DNA from: Candidatus Phoenicimicrobium oleiphilum
GTDB taxonomy: Bacteria > Atribacterota > Phoenicimicrobiia > Phoenicimicrobiales > Phoenicimicrobiaceae
Length of the DNA stretch: 64,000 nt
Direction: 5' to 3'
NCBI GenBank assembly: GCA_039638295.1
Contig: JBDIWJ010000005.1
Location: 416 to 64,415 of the forward strand
Shown: in pieces, positions 1 to 9,485 of the stretch
Layout: each line of letters opens with the position of its first letter
How positions within the stretch are numbered: the first letter of the stretch is position 1
Program-made: the position numbers and the translations under genes
The notes under the pieces: generated by a model
Database searches by the model: none
Told to the model about the DNA's origin: nothing
What the model saw: only the letters and a program-made list of their open reading frames with translations

Positions 1-234
1 TAAAGTTTTTCTGATTTAACCGGTTCTAACATAATAAATCTATCCTCATTTTATGGGTCTTATTATCAAAATACATCTATAATTTCAAATTTCAATTAAT
101 GTTAAAGTGGTAAATTGGCTAAGTGGCGATATCAATTATAAGTTTATTGATTATATTATACAATATAAATTTAAAAAATCCTTTTTTTTTTTTTTTTTAA
201 AATTTTTCATATTTTTCAAATAGATATAAAGCAA

Positions 235-276
235 ATAAAAAATAGGAGGCTTAAAAGCTCCTATTTTTTATTTCTC
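235..276. terminator. Palindromic hairpin (ATAGGAGGCTT-AA-AAGCTCCTAT) flanked by A-run upstream and T-run downstream; likely bidirectional intrinsic terminator ending the AOR-thiS transcript
   Basis: Inverted repeat read directly; U-tract on both strands; lies 3' of the minus-strand thiS-like gene; preceded by an 18-nt poly-T tract at 183-200. Confidence 0.55.
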
Positions 277-324
277 TATAATAGAATTATCAAATTTAAA
301 ACTTTTAATCTTGGGAAATTTTTA

Positions 325-522
325 TTACCCCCCAGCAATTGAATGGATGACCTGAACATCATCATTATCCTTAATTAAAGTATCTTTGTATTTTTCCTTG
401 GGAATATATTTTCCATTGACCTTTACTATTATTAAGGGAAAAGAATATTTACATTTTTTCAGCAGAAGATCAACGGTTAAATTTTCTTCCCATTCTCTAT
501 CTCTTCCATTTACTTTAATCAT
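325..522 (-). CDS. ThiS/MoaD-family sulfur-carrier protein (65 aa, C-terminal Gly-Gly)
   Basis: Small beta-grasp-like sequence ending in IAGG-GG; overlaps by 4 nt with upstream AOR gene (translational coupling). Confidence 0.6.
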   Translation of the reverse strand: MIKVNGRDREWEENLTVDLLLKKCKYSFPLIIVKVNGKYIPKEKYKDTLIKDNDDVQVIHSIAGG

Positions 523-2684
523 AACTGATATTTCTTCACCACTTCCAAGACTTCGGGAAAATCTATTTTTAATCTCTTAATAGTTTCTAAAGTAGGTACA
601 CCATTGGTATCCCATCCTCGTCGATTATAGACCGCATCGCAAAGTTTCTGATATTGCTCTTCTCTATACTTTCGTAGAGTTTTAATTTTTTCTTCAACTG
701 TTTTCGTCTTAATGTCAAAATCAGCTATCTCTTGAAGTTGTTGATCATAAAACTCCTTGTGTAATTCATATTCTTCCACAGTTACTGGTCCCATTGCTCG
801 ATAGGGAATTTTATCATATTCACGGGTACCAAAACCCATCCTTAAGTTGAATAGTCTTTGGAGGTTATGGACTCTTTCTGATTGTAAGATTAATTCTTCG
901 GGAGTAAGACGCTTACCAGTAACTCCTTCAAAAAGCCAACAATAATTTTCTACATGCTCCGGAACTTTTGCTGCCTCTATCCCGTGGTATTTTTGTTTGT
1001 TATCTTCGGGCTCGATATCGTTCCAGGGTAATTTACAGAGACCGACAATAGAAAACCAGGTTCGAAATAAAGGAAAATAATGGAGTGCTTCTGCTTTATC
1101 CTCAAAAGTAGGAATCTGATTATTCACCTGATCCATAAAGATAAGCCAGGATTCATCATGCTGCGGTCCTTTATTAGCTATTCCATATCCACCCTGTTGG
1201 GCTAAAGACTCTTTGGTTACATATTCAGAAAATTCCATCCCTTTACATTCCATGCCGATATCTTGTAAAAATTGTTCATCTGCCCCGTATTTCTCCACTA
1301 ATATTTTCTTTATCTGCCGAACCCCTAAACCAGCAATTTTACCGAACCCTTTTCCTTCTGCCATCTGGTGAATTAATTCTAAAGCTGCTTTGGTATTTCC
1401 AAAGTTAAGTTCTAACCCTTCAGTAATTTCCTTATTTATAATATTATTTTCGTAACATTCCATAAGAAAAGCCATAGTAGTACTGACTCCAATGGTATCT
1501 AATCCATAATTATCACAATAAAAATTAGCTTCTAAAACAAAATCAGGGTCAAAGCATCCGCAATTTCCTCCAAATCCGGCAGTGGTTTCATATTCTGGCC
1601 CATCTACCAGAACTCTTTCTCCTTTTAGGGGACCAGTTTCCAATTCAAAATTATCTACTCCATGAGAACAGCGTAAGTTACAACCGATCCAGCAGGAATC
1701 ACCTGCCTGATTCTGGGTCATCCGCTGATGCCACACTTTAGAATCTATTTTAAAAGCATCAGGATGTGAACCAAATTTAAAATTATGAACGGGTAAACAA
1801 TTATAATTCTGCATATGGTCTAACAGATTAACCGTTCCTATTTCTCTCATCCCATTCTGGATATGATCTAATTTTAATATTTCTCTGGTTATTCTTTGCC
1901 CTGCTTTTCTAATAAGCTCGGGATTAGCCACATTATTAGAATTTGCATTTACTCCAGAATATTTAATTACTATGGCCAAAATTTTTTTATTTCGAAATAC
2001 ACTCCCCGTCCCACCTCGACCAGCTTGCTTAACTCGTATATGTTTGCGTCGACTATCATACCAACTAACATTTAAGATCCCTAAATTAGTGTTCTCCGCA
2101 CCCTTTCCGGAGGAAACAATACTAATGTTTCTTCTATCTTTTTCGTTATCAGCATATCTTTCGATCAGTTTTTCGATAAGTAAATAGGTATCCGAATTCA
2201 ATCCTGTTGCTTCCTCAATAATAACTTTTCCTTGATTGCCGTCGATAAAAATAATCACATCCTGTTTGGCTTTACCTTGAATCTCTAAAAGGTCCCAACC
2301 AGAAAATTTTAAAAAAGGAGCAAAATAACCCCCTACATTATTATCATTAACTGTTGCGGTCTCGGGAGATAGGCTGACTATATGAGTCTTCCCAGTTCCT
2401 GAGTATTGGGTAATCCCACAAATTGGGCCGGTACAGAAAATTATTTCGTTTTCCGGGTCATTCCATTTAGTCCTATTAGATACAGCCTGCCACAAATACC
2501 ATATACCATAACCTCGTCCACCGGTGAAAGCTTCTTTCACCCGGGGATCAATGGGTTTTTCTTTAATCTTATTTTCTGAAAGATTTATATATAAACGCCT
2601 ATCCGTATACCCTTTTTCTACTTTTCCCGGTTCAAATTTAAAAGAGGTTAATATTTTTTTGCTTTCTTCGTTTTCTTTAAACAT
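519..2684 (-). CDS. Tungsten-containing aldehyde:ferredoxin oxidoreductase (AOR) family protein, long form (721 aa)
   Basis: N-terminal AOR_N-like GYT..R.L.INLS motif, GGRGYG, internal Cys cluster (DSCWIGCNLRC) typical of AOR 4Fe-4S/tungstopterin domain. Confidence 0.85.
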   Translation of the reverse strand: MFKENEESKKILTSFKFEPGKVEKGYTDRRLYINLSENKIKEKPIDPRVKEAFTGGRGYGIWYLWQAVSNRTKWNDPENEIIFCTGPICGITQYSGTGKTHIVSLSPETATVNDNNVGGYFAPFLKFSGWDLLEIQGKAKQDVIIFIDGNQGKVIIEEATGLNSDTYLLIEKLIERYADNEKDRRNISIVSSGKGAENTNLGILNVSWYDSRRKHIRVKQAGRGGTGSVFRNKKILAIVIKYSGVNANSNNVANPELIRKAGQRITREILKLDHIQNGMREIGTVNLLDHMQNYNCLPVHNFKFGSHPDAFKIDSKVWHQRMTQNQAGDSCWIGCNLRCSHGVDNFELETGPLKGERVLVDGPEYETTAGFGGNCGCFDPDFVLEANFYCDNYGLDTIGVSTTMAFLMECYENNIINKEITEGLELNFGNTKAALELIHQMAEGKGFGKIAGLGVRQIKKILVEKYGADEQFLQDIGMECKGMEFSEYVTKESLAQQGGYGIANKGPQHDESWLIFMDQVNNQIPTFEDKAEALHYFPLFRTWFSIVGLCKLPWNDIEPEDNKQKYHGIEAAKVPEHVENYCWLFEGVTGKRLTPEELILQSERVHNLQRLFNLRMGFGTREYDKIPYRAMGPVTVEEYELHKEFYDQQLQEIADFDIKTKTVEEKIKTLRKYREEQYQKLCDAVYNRRGWDTNGVPTLETIKRLKIDFPEVLEVVKKYQL

Positions 2685-2849
2685 TGAGCAATTTCCCCCA
2701 TTAATCTACTTAATCAAATAAAATATGTTTAAAAAATCTGTTTTCTCTAAACTCCACCAGATAAGGTTAATGAAGCCACCTTATCATCTTAAAAACCAGG
2801 ATACGATGGCTTCATTTTTGATTTTACCAATTATAAAACTAAATATGCT

Positions 2850-4529
2850 TTAAACTTCTTTTGCTTCCTTTACCTGAAGCTCAGGTAGAGGGAACGAAAT
2901 TCCAGCTGATTTTGCTGAAATACTGGAAAATAGGTAAAGCAAAATTCCTACCAATATTATTCCTAAAGGCAACACTAAAGCAACAGACATGCCACTTCCC
3001 GCCAAAATATAGCCCACTACAGCAACTCCCGCAGCAGTTAGGGAATAAGGTACCTGAGTCTTAACATGATCTATATGGTCAGAACCAGAAAACATTGAAG
3101 ACATAATAGTAGTATCAGAAAGTGGTGAACAATGGTCTCCCATAACTGAACCGGTTAATACCGCAGATATGCCTAAAGGTAAAGGAACACCCAAAGCAAG
3201 GGCTAAAGGAATAGCAATAGGCATAGCTATAGCCATAGTCCCCCAAGAAGTACCAGTGGAAAAAGAAATTATATTGCAGATTATAAATATAACCATAGGT
3301 AGTAAAACGGGAGAGATAACCCCTTTAGCAGCATTTACTACATAAGGAGCAGTTCCAATTTCATCACAAACACTACCAATTGACCAAGCAGAAATTAAGA
3401 TTAAGTTAGCTAAAACCATCATCTTAGCACCATCTATAAAGGCATCCATCATATCAGCCAGGGTTCCAATCCCCTGGGCTTTATACATTATTATGGCAAC
3501 GATTACTGCAAATACAGCGCCCCACAAAAGAGCAGTCATAGCATCAGCATCAGCAATTGCAGTAGTAAATGATTCAGCAGAGGTCCCTCCTCCAGTCCAC
3601 CACATTCCGAAAATACTCACTCCTACCAGAACTATAATGGGAACAACCATATTTATGGTCTTTTGAGGAACGCCTTCTAATACCTTTAATTTACTCCCCC
3701 CAGAAAGTGGAGTTGCTCCATCTGCAAAGACTTTACCAGTTGTCCTTGTTCGATGTTCAGCTTTTAACATAGGACCATAATCTCTTTGAGATAAGGCAAC
3801 AAATAAGACTAATAATATTGCAAAGATACTGTAGAAACGATAAGGTATAGATTGTAAAAAGATGGTATAAGGAGTCAGGGATACCGAAGTACCTTCGATA
3901 GCATCACCGATAAGTCCCACCTCATAGCCAATCCAGGTAGAAATCAGAGCTAGAGAAGCAACTGGTGCTGCAGTAGAATCGACAATGTAAGAAAACTTTT
4001 CTCGAGAAATACCCAATTTGTCGGTCACTGGTCTAAAAGCATTTCCCACTATAGCAGTATTAGCATAATCATCAAAGAAAATTATTAACCCAAAGAGCCA
4101 AGCAGTAAATTGGCCGCCGCGAGCGGTTTTTACTTTATCGGTAATGCTTTTTACAAAGGCATAAGCCCCACCAGATAGGTAGATTAAACCGATAAGTCCT
4201 CCAACTACAAAGTCAAACAATAAAATAGTAGCATTCCAACTGTCAGCAGTATTATCTACCAGGTAACCTAGGGTTTGAGTAACCCCAGCTAAAGGATTCC
4301 AACCCGTCAGTATAGTAGCACCTATCCAGATACCAATAAAGAGTGAGGCTAAAACTTGCTTGGTGATAAAGCATAAAACTATGGCTACCAATGGTGGTAA
4401 TAGAGATAAGAAACCATAACTTGCTGCAGTTTCTTCTTCTGCAGCCCAGGCAATTTCAGATAAGATAAAGAAAATTACTATCGAAAAAATTAAAAGCAAT
4501 CCAATTCTATTCTTGTGCCATTGATACAT
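2850..4529 (-). CDS. NhaC-family Na+/H+ antiporter-type membrane transporter (candidate LysW-like lysine transporter)
   Basis: 559 aa polytopic membrane protein with NhaC-like repeat architecture; last gene of a co-directional block downstream of a lysine riboswitch. Confidence 0.55.
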   Translation of the reverse strand: MYQWHKNRIGLLLIFSIVIFFILSEIAWAAEEETAASYGFLSLLPPLVAIVLCFITKQVLASLFIGIWIGATILTGWNPLAGVTQTLGYLVDNTADSWNATILLFDFVVGGLIGLIYLSGGAYAFVKSITDKVKTARGGQFTAWLFGLIIFFDDYANTAIVGNAFRPVTDKLGISREKFSYIVDSTAAPVASLALISTWIGYEVGLIGDAIEGTSVSLTPYTIFLQSIPYRFYSIFAILLVLFVALSQRDYGPMLKAEHRTRTTGKVFADGATPLSGGSKLKVLEGVPQKTINMVVPIIVLVGVSIFGMWWTGGGTSAESFTTAIADADAMTALLWGAVFAVIVAIIMYKAQGIGTLADMMDAFIDGAKMMVLANLILISAWSIGSVCDEIGTAPYVVNAAKGVISPVLLPMVIFIICNIISFSTGTSWGTMAIAMPIAIPLALALGVPLPLGISAVLTGSVMGDHCSPLSDTTIMSSMFSGSDHIDHVKTQVPYSLTAAGVAVVGYILAGSGMSVALVLPLGIILVGILLYLFSSISAKSAGISFPLPELQVKEAKEV

Positions 4530-4629
4530 TCTGAATTCACTCTCCTTTCTTTGTTTTAAGAATAAAAATTCACATAATTCAATTGCAAGCTAGACTTTTA
4601 AATATTTAAGCATTTTTAAACCTTCTAAA

Positions 4630-5955
4630 TCACCTCCTATCTTTAATTTTTTCGTTCAGGATTTCTTCTAAATCTGGTCTGCCAATTTCCTGTAATTCAT
4701 ATCTTACTCTTACTGATTTCTTGTTGATCTTAATAATTCGAGTTAGGTCTATAGGGGTACCAACGATCACTATATCGCAATCAGTAGAATTTATAGTATC
4801 TTCCAGTTCCTGAATCTGTTTTTTGCCATACCCCATTGCCGGTAATAATGTCCCTATCCCCGGATATTTAATATAAGTATCTTTAATACTGCCTACTGCA
4901 TAAGGTCGAGGATCTATAATCTCTTTTGCCCCAAACTTTTGAGCAGCTACTATACCTGCACCATACTTCATTTCTCCATGGGTTAATGTAGGCCCATCTT
5001 CAACTACCAGCACCCTTTTACCCCTAATAAGTTCGGGATAATCCACAGTAAGAGGGGAGGCAGCTTCAACTAAAATAGCATTAGGAGCAAGTTGATAGAT
5101 ATTTTCTCTGAGTAAATTTATTTTATCTGGTACAGCAGTATCTATTTTATTCATTACTACCACATCTGCCATTCTGAGATTTGCCTCTCCAGGATAGTAA
5201 GTCATTTCATGACCGGCTCGATGGGGGTCAGTAACAACAATATGCAAATCTGGTTTATAAAAGGGAATATCATTATTACCTCCATCCCAGATGATTATAT
5301 CTGCATCTTTTTCAGCTCTGGTTAATATCTCTTGATAATCGACTCCAGCATAAAGGATATTTCCTCTATCCAGATGAGGTTCATATTCTTCCCTTTCTTC
5401 AATAGTACAGTTGTAGCGGTCTAAATCGGAATAATTTTCATATCTTTGACAGATCTGTTCTTTTAGATCACCATAGGGCATTGGATGCCTGATTACAGCT
5501 ATTTTATAACCTTTCTTCTTCAAAATATCTGTAACTTTGCGAGTAGTCTGACTCTTGCCGCAACCAGTTCTAACTGCACAAATAGATACCACGGGCAGAT
5601 TGGACTTTAACATAGTACTCTTGGGTCCCATTAATCTAAAGTCCGCCCCACTGGCTAAAACTATTGAAGCTTTATCCATAACATATTGATGCGAAAGATC
5701 GCTATAAGCTAAAATTACCTGGTCAATCTGCTTCTCCCTTATTAGTGCAGGCAATTCTTCTTCGGGATATATAGGTATACCTTCGGGATATAAAGACCCA
5801 GAAAGTTCAGCGGGATATTTTCTACCGGCAATATCCGGAATTTGAGTAGCGGTAAAGGCAACTACCTCATAACCAGAATTATTTCTAAAATACACATTAA
5901 AATTATGGAAATCTCTTCCAGCAGCTCCCATAATTAAAACTTTAATTTTACTCAT
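4630..5955 (-). CDS. COG2403/DUF1611-like P-loop protein (cyclic 2,3-diphosphoglycerate synthetase-like predicted GTPase/ATPase)
   Basis: N-terminal Rossmann-like MSKIKVLIMGAAGRD, central Walker-A-like CAVRTGCGKSQTT; function not assignable from sequence. Confidence 0.4.
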   Translation of the reverse strand: MSKIKVLIMGAAGRDFHNFNVYFRNNSGYEVVAFTATQIPDIAGRKYPAELSGSLYPEGIPIYPEEELPALIREKQIDQVILAYSDLSHQYVMDKASIVLASGADFRLMGPKSTMLKSNLPVVSICAVRTGCGKSQTTRKVTDILKKKGYKIAVIRHPMPYGDLKEQICQRYENYSDLDRYNCTIEEREEYEPHLDRGNILYAGVDYQEILTRAEKDADIIIWDGGNNDIPFYKPDLHIVVTDPHRAGHEMTYYPGEANLRMADVVVMNKIDTAVPDKINLLRENIYQLAPNAILVEAASPLTVDYPELIRGKRVLVVEDGPTLTHGEMKYGAGIVAAQKFGAKEIIDPRPYAVGSIKDTYIKYPGIGTLLPAMGYGKKQIQELEDTINSTDCDIVIVGTPIDLTRIIKINKKSVRVRYELQEIGRPDLEEILNEKIKDRR

Positions 5956-6043
5956 TAAAATTCCTCCGTTTTATATTATATAATAATTATTCGACAAAAC
6001 TTTTTAAATTCCTCTTTTTTTTACCTATTTTTTCAATTTTTTA

Positions 6044-7348
6044 TCAAACTTTAGCTATTGCCTTCTCTAACACCTCTAAGGCCTCATCCAACTGCTCATC
6101 AGTAATCTCTAAAGAGACCAACATTCTCAAAACATTCTTGTTAATCCCTGCGCCAGCAATAAGTACTCCATTTTTTACACATTCCTGTATAACTTGAGCT
6201 GTCTCTTGGGTGGCTGGTTCTTTAGTCTTTCGGTCTTTTACCAGTTCTATAGCCATCATCGCCCCTATACCACGCACATCACCTACTATAGAATATCTAT
6301 CTTTCATCTTAAGAAAACGCTCTTTCAATCTTTCCCCAATCTTCAAGGCTCTTTCTAAGAGTTGTTCTTCTTCGATAATTTTTATCACCTCCAGGGCTGC
6401 CCGGCAGGCTAATGGATTACCTACATAGGTTCCACCAATACACCCGCCAGGAAGGGTATCGGTAATCTCTTTTTTGGTAATTACTGCCGAAAGAGGAAGG
6501 CCAGAAGCTAAAGACTTGCCCAGACAGATAAGGTCTGGCTCTATATTCCAGTTTTCTATGGCATAAAACTTTCCAGTCCGACCTATACCACTCTGAATCT
6601 CATCGGTGATAAGTAACATACCGTATTTCTCGGTCAATTCTCTTAAATATTCTAAAAATCCCTCCTGAGGGACATTAAATCCTCCTTCTCCCTGGATAGG
6701 TTCAACCACTATAGCAGCGACAGAGTCAGGGATTACAGTATTTACCAGTATCTTTTCAAAATCTTCTATATCAGCCATAGGATGAGAAGAACTGGGGAAA
6801 GGTAAGCGATATATCTCGGGGGCAAAGGGTCCGAAGTGGTATTTATAAGGCATAGCCTTGTGGGTCATAGTCATAGTAAGCAAAGTGCGACCATGGAAGG
6901 CATTTTCGAAGACAATAATAGCTGGTCTTTTGGTATGTGCCCTGGCAATCTTTACCGCATTTTCTATTGCCTCTGCTCCGGAGTTAAAAAAGGCGGCTGA
7001 CTTGGGAGTGCTCCCGGGGGCCAACTTAACTAATTTTTCAGCCAGTTCTACCAGAGGCTCGTAAGGGACAGCAGTAAAATCGGTATGCAGATATTTTTCT
7101 GCCTGGTCTTTAATAGCAGCTACCACTTTCTTGTGGGTATGGCCTACGGCCAGACATCCCCAGCCTCCAGTAAGATCGATTAATTGATTACCATCTACGT
7201 CAGTGACTAAAGCCCCCTCTCCATAGGCAATATAACAGGGGGAAAGAGAACCGCTCATAGGTTTGGCTACATACTTTTCTCTTTTTTTAGCAATTTCTTG
7301 AGATTTTGTTCCAGGTAGACTGGTTTTAAGAGAAATAAATTTACTCAT
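6044..7348 (-). CDS. Class-III PLP-dependent aminotransferase (GabT/acetylornithine/DABA aminotransferase family)
   Basis: Motifs ITDEIQSGIGRTGKFYA and LICLGKSLASGLPLSAV (PLP-lysine region) typical of class-III aminotransferases. Confidence 0.8.
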   Translation of the reverse strand: MSKFISLKTSLPGTKSQEIAKKREKYVAKPMSGSLSPCYIAYGEGALVTDVDGNQLIDLTGGWGCLAVGHTHKKVVAAIKDQAEKYLHTDFTAVPYEPLVELAEKLVKLAPGSTPKSAAFFNSGAEAIENAVKIARAHTKRPAIIVFENAFHGRTLLTMTMTHKAMPYKYHFGPFAPEIYRLPFPSSSHPMADIEDFEKILVNTVIPDSVAAIVVEPIQGEGGFNVPQEGFLEYLRELTEKYGMLLITDEIQSGIGRTGKFYAIENWNIEPDLICLGKSLASGLPLSAVITKKEITDTLPGGCIGGTYVGNPLACRAALEVIKIIEEEQLLERALKIGERLKERFLKMKDRYSIVGDVRGIGAMMAIELVKDRKTKEPATQETAQVIQECVKNGVLIAGAGINKNVLRMLVSLEITDEQLDEALEVLEKAIAKV

Positions 7349-7556
7349 TTAATCATTCTCCTTTAATCTAAATTTTTAATTAGTTAATAGTAAATAATCG
7401 CTGGTCGTTAGTTTAAAAATCAAAACTTTTTTCGTATAAATTATTGCTTTTTTACTCCATTTCGATTTTATATAAATCTTTTCCTGACAATCTTGTTAGA
7501 ATAAATATACTGTCTTTTAAACTTGTGCCCGTGAAAACGGGTAAAAGTATCCTTGT

Positions 7557-7591
7557 AAGAGCATCGGAATTTTAGAAATTCCGATGCTCTT
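7557..7591. terminator. 35-nt perfect palindrome (16-bp stem) 20 nt downstream of the stop of the 7613-8857 gene; intercistronic terminator/attenuator or protein-binding site
   Basis: AAGAGCATCGGAATTT-TAG-AAATTCCGATGCTCTT read directly; no clean U-tract on the mRNA strand. Confidence 0.4.
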
Positions 7592-7612
7592 AAATTATCT
7601 TTTAGTACCTTA

Positions 7613-8857
7613 TTATATCTTTTGAGAAACCTCAAGTATATTTATCTTTCTTCTTTTCAATTCTTCCAAGAAGTTCTGATAGACTTTTCCTTCTATAGCA
7701 TCCTCAGGAGCAACTATGCCCTTCTTGGTTATCTCTCCTTTTCCTAACATCACAGTAGTGATAGCCTCTGGAAAAGCAGTAACTCTTGCCATTGCTGAAA
7801 TACCATTCTCAGTATCTGCCTCCTCCCACATATAATAATCAATTCTCATTTTTTGGCTATCTTTTATCCCGGTAACTGTATTCCACATTACACATACATC
7901 AGTTTCACCTTCTAATGGTTTAAGTTTAGGTGTCATTATAAAGGACAAAAACTCACGGGGAGTAATTTTCATACTTTTAAATTCTACCGGAGTAGAATCT
8001 AACATTCCACATTCCTTCAATACCTTCGCCCCCTCCCAGTGACCTGGCCAACGAATGGTCTTCTCTGCACATTCTTTAAGTTGTGGTCTGGTATAAAGAA
8101 AGCTGGGCATCCCCGGAGTAATGGCGCAGGTTAATTCTTCATCTTTACCTAATTGATTAAATCGAAACTTTTCAAGATCATCCATTGCATTTGCTTCTAC
8201 GATTTTACCATTCTTGATTACATCTACCTTGATCATATATTCTCTTAAAACATGCTCAAATGCCCAGGTAATCATATATTTTAAAGGATGATTGTTAGCA
8301 TATTCTTTTGCCGGAATACCCCCACATCTGGCTATGGCTGATTCTGCCTGGCTCATTTTTTTGATTCCTTCACCTAAAGTAATATTAGTTAACCCTGGAG
8401 CAAAACCTGCTCCATCAACAATAGTCACTCCATTCTTTATTGCTCTTTGGTGGAGTGATTCACCATATTCATCCAGGGTCATCCCATCAGGAATTTCTAA
8501 TCCTTCAACCTCATATTTATCTGGTCTTCTATGATACTCTTCCAAAATATCAACAATATTAAGTCCAGCCTCCACAGCCATATTTACTACTTTGTAGCTA
8601 CTTCTTCTATCTGGCAGAGCAATTGCGCCTACATCATATTTTTCCATTAATTTCATAGTCTCTTTTCGATTGTTTACGTCAACAATATGTAATACTACCT
8701 TATCACTGCCTATCCATTTTTTAGTCTTTTCCAGGGTATTCTCTCTCCTACCAGTAATTCCTATAATTCCTACTTCTCCAACTTTGCTGTTTTTAGCCAA
8801 ATCCCAGGCAACTGCTGAACCCATTTTGCCTGAGCCTCCAAAAACTAAAACCTTCAT
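7613..8857 (-). CDS. Saccharopine dehydrogenase-family NAD(P)-binding oxidoreductase (paralog 1; LysDH/saccharopine reductase/carboxy(nor)spermidine DH-like)
   Basis: N-terminal Rossmann MKVLVFGGSGKMGSAVA, GFAPGLTNI motif, 414 aa; first gene after a lysine riboswitch. Confidence 0.7.
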   Translation of the reverse strand: MKVLVFGGSGKMGSAVAWDLAKNSKVGEVGIIGITGRRENTLEKTKKWIGSDKVVLHIVDVNNRKETMKLMEKYDVGAIALPDRRSSYKVVNMAVEAGLNIVDILEEYHRRPDKYEVEGLEIPDGMTLDEYGESLHQRAIKNGVTIVDGAGFAPGLTNITLGEGIKKMSQAESAIARCGGIPAKEYANNHPLKYMITWAFEHVLREYMIKVDVIKNGKIVEANAMDDLEKFRFNQLGKDEELTCAITPGMPSFLYTRPQLKECAEKTIRWPGHWEGAKVLKECGMLDSTPVEFKSMKITPREFLSFIMTPKLKPLEGETDVCVMWNTVTGIKDSQKMRIDYYMWEEADTENGISAMARVTAFPEAITTVMLGKGEITKKGIVAPEDAIEGKVYQNFLEELKRRKINILEVSQKI

Positions 8858-9099
8858 ATATTTTTCCTCCTTCTTTGGTTATTTAGTTATTAAAACAGTC
8901 GATAGTGAATAGTCGTTAGTCGTTAGTTTAAAACTCAAAACTTTTTCGTATAAGATATTGCTCTTAAAGTAGGGGTCGGATTTATTCGACCTGTTTTTAT
9001 TGCGGGTTCGATTAATGAGCACTTACGATAACAGGAAATTCCTATACCATTTAGTTAACTAGCTATCTTTAAGATGACATTTGCTAATAAAAAATCTAC

Positions 9100-9365
9100 C
9101 AAATAAAAAAGGCAATTAATGATAGAGCCTTCATTAATTGCCTAACTTTGTTCCCCCTAATTTAGATGAAGTACTCTATCTTGAGGTAGCGCTCCATCTA
9201 AATCGGGGGACAGATTTGATGACAGTCTTATAGTTATTCACTATAAGCCCAGCAAGAAGATTTTATCTGATCTTTCTTGCTTCGGCGGAAATACCTTTCT
9301 GGGCAAAGTTCTAAACTATTCACCCTTACTCATTATTATCCGCGCCTCTACCTTGTATTATTTTA
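9100..9365 (-). promoter_or_regulatory. Lysine riboswitch (L-box) with intrinsic-terminator expression platform
   Basis: On minus strand: GGTAGAGGCGCGG ... CGCCGAAGCAAG ... CTGGGCTTATAGTGAATAA ... AGACTGTCATC ... GGAGCGCTACCTC (L-box conserved blocks), then antiterminator GATAGAGTACTTCATC and terminator GGCAATTAATGA-AGGCTCTATC-ATTAATTGCC followed by TTTTTTATTT (9105-9142 on + strand). Confidence 0.8.
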
Positions 9366-9485
9366 AATACAAGTAAATATTAATTTGTGAAACTTATTTT
9401 AGTAGACTTAAATTCTTAAATTACCACCTCCTCATTTAATCTACCAATTATACAATTGACCAATTTACCAATCAAATTAATGTAA

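Noticed and set aside
183-200. 18-nt poly-T homopolymer
   Set aside because: Likely part of the terminator/UP-rich AT context at the operon end; potential phase-variation tract but not adjacent to any start codon
2730-2800. Hairpin ATGAAGCCA...TGGCTTCAT downstream of the NhaC-type gene as a terminator
   Set aside because: 9-bp stem with very large loop; the T-run is on the non-transcribed strand only; not convincing as an intrinsic terminator
8960-9060. tRNA-like T-arm sequence GCGGGTTCGATTAATGAGC
   Set aside because: Resembles the GGTTCGAnTCC T-loop consensus but no acceptor stem, D-arm or anticodon arm can be built; it is part of the dispersed hairpin/repeat family instead
9405-9425. Strong RBS-like GAGGAGGTGG on the minus strand downstream of saccharopine-DH paralog 2
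   Set aside because: No ORF follows; it lies at the 5' edge of the lysine riboswitch and may contribute to the P1/5' flank
9427-9478. Possible CRISPR-like or iteron array (xxACCAAT octamers)
   Set aside because: Units are only 8 nt, degenerate and without spacers; this is the phased micro-repeat class, not CRISPR or plasmid iterons
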